From assembly GCA_030141605.1 (NCBI GenBank), contig JAQGDQ010000228.1:296312-360311 (forward strand): 64,000 nt of DNA, in the 5' to 3' direction. The translations under genes were made by a program, and so were the position numbers. The notes beneath the pieces are model-generated. The model was given only the letters and a program-made list of their open reading frames with translations, ran no database searches and had not been told where the DNA came from. Each line of letters opens with the position of its first letter. Positions within the stretch are counted from its first letter, which is position 1. Positions 61,896 through 64,000 of this stretch are shown piece by piece. Origin of the DNA: Tubiluchus corallicola (Eukaryota > Animalia > Priapulida).

Positions 61896-62895
61896 CTGTG
61901 TAAGAGAAAATTAGGTGAAAATAACCATAAGTTAATTTCTTCACAGATTTTTCACATGTTATAGCTGTGACGCGTTGTAATAGCATATAAAAGTATATAC
62001 TATTATACGCTATATTATTAAATTTTCCTAGCGCTTTTAATAGTGGATGACATGTAGTATTTCTTAGTTTAATGTAAATTTTAACTTTTATATAGCAAAT
62101 TTATGCACTGAAATAAGCTATAAATAAAAATAAATAAATTTATAAGATTCGTCTACACACCAGTTTTTTCTAAAATATCATTATAATATTTAAATATCAT
62201 TTCACTTAACGACCTTGATATCTGACATTAAGGTTAATTGTAGAATAGATAAAATTAATATTTTCACGTGTAACAAAACCCGTATTGGTATGAATGCCAA
62301 ATGTTTACATTCTCTAGATTCGTAATTTACAGGTGTTTCCTAACACAACATATTATTATAATCTTCAACCACCTGGCTCTTCAGTGCATTCTCCAAAAGA
62401 TAGTTAATTTTGTATTGACCCTTACAGCTTTCGGTGTATTAGCAAACTATTTTCCCTTCTGTATGGTTGTAGTGCTAGACAAAATGTATTTAGATGACGA
62501 CATCCCTTACTTTAATGTTACAATTAGACTCTAAACTTTCTCTGTATTTGTTAGGCTATAAAATTCACAAAAATTTTATGTGAAATGCATTTTGAACTCA
62601 GACATCTATTTTCAGGAAGAAATATTTTAAGACATTCGAAAGGAACTATATAATTGACATCCGTTTAGGCGTTTAGCTATAGACAACTGAAGCTAGATCG
62701 CAGGATTAAAATGTGGGTAAAAATGATAGACATCTACTGAATGAAATGTTTTATATCTGTAACTGTAGTATTTTTTATTATTTCTCAATGAGTGTAGTTT
62801 TAGACGTTTTTGTAATTATAATTGTAATTGTATTTGTAATTGTAATTGTGAGTGTATATTTTTATGTAATTTATGACCTAGCTGTCGAAACAAAT

Positions 62896-63030
62896 AATCT
62901 AATCTGATCTGATCTGATCTGATCTGATCTGATCGGATCGGATCGGATCGAATCGAATCGAATCGAATCGAATCGAATCGAATCGAATCGAATCGAATCG
63001 AATCGAATCGAATCGAATCGAATCTAATCT
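62896..63030. repeat. Compound pentanucleotide microsatellite
   Basis: (AATCT)2(GATCT)5(GATCG)4(AATCG)14(AATCT)2. Confidence 0.95.
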
Positions 63031-63889
63031 AATGGGCAATAACCATGCAAAGCAGCGTTTCAATGATTATAATCACACAAAAGTTTTTGAACAAAAGGGT
63101 TTCTCTTAAAATCCGAGTTGGGATCTTATCTACTTTCGGAAACCCGCACTTTTTTACAACAAAGCACTAAGGACTATAATAACAACAACCGAATTAGACG
63201 TTTTTGAAAAAAACGTTTGTAGGGCTAAAGACGTACGCGAATATTGCATTTATAATTGCAATTCATAAATGCAAAGAGCCCGCGATAGAATCAATTGTGT
63301 AGATATAGATGGTTATCTGCCAGAAAACCCTTGATATTGCGGTTTTCTTTTTGAATTACAAATAAGCCTTAAATTTTTAAAGTTTGGCGAAACTGGGAAT
63401 GCTGTATTTAATCAAAACACGGCTGTGATGAACCGCGATGTTTAAATAGTTATTAATTATTTAACTGTTCTCACATTTCTATAATAATGTTATTTAAAGC
63501 TCACAAAAAATTACGCATAACTAAGGCACACGGTGTATCTACTGGCATTGTAAAATGAGTGTGATAACAACACTGAAATTCTGAGAGTGAAGTTAATAAA
63601 ATTAATAATGCAGTAAGGCCTGACATTATAACATTATGGCACCACTTAGTTATACGTAATTATGGCAGTGACCAGCATGCAAGGCCCTTCTAAACTCTTT
63701 GCCCAAATTAGTATGATTTTGAAAACCATAACCGTAACATTATAAACATTATTACATTACAGTAATAATAATAATAATAATAGCAGAAATACTTATTTTT
63801 AATGCGGAAATACGTCTCCAGACGTTTCGCATAGAATTTTGCGAAAAAAAAGTCCATGTCTGTGCATACTTTTGCGGACACTATAAACT

Positions 63890-63960
<71 letters not shown>

Positions 63961-64000
63961 CTCTCTCTCTCTCTCTCTCTCCCTCCTCCCCCTCTCTCTC
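63021..64000 (-). repeat. Right arm of the ~1-kb inverted repeat (runs off the window; includes terminal (CT)n)
   Basis: Reverse complement of 59340-60335. Confidence 0.95.

Overview
AT-rich, intron-rich genomic DNA from an animal, most likely an invertebrate. Three spliced protein-coding genes can be reconstructed from GT-AG junctions and reading phase. (1) A secreted collagen on the minus strand: signal peptide, poly-Glu, CxC, then 51 uninterrupted Gly-X-Y triplets unusually rich in Gly-Pro-Ser; its 3' part was not found and probably lies left of the window. (2) Selenoprotein F (SELENOF/Sep15) on the plus strand, with an in-frame UGA in CGU at 21027-21029 and a well-formed SECIS at 23989-24064; its first exon was not located. 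(3) A TMC1/2/3-subfamily (TMC3-like) transmembrane channel gene on the minus strand, with 19 phase-consistent exons (31175-52777, at least 1158 codons); both termini are unresolved. Introns and intergenic DNA hold decayed LINEs, a scrambled Gypsy relic, a solo LTR, a pogo deletion derivative, MITEs, SINEs and microsatellites. The most unusual structures are a 35-bp minisatellite built from a TMC exon end plus its splice donor, and a ~1-kb near-perfect inverted repeat enclosing candidate 5' TMC exons. Homology calls come from recalled family motifs; no database search was run.
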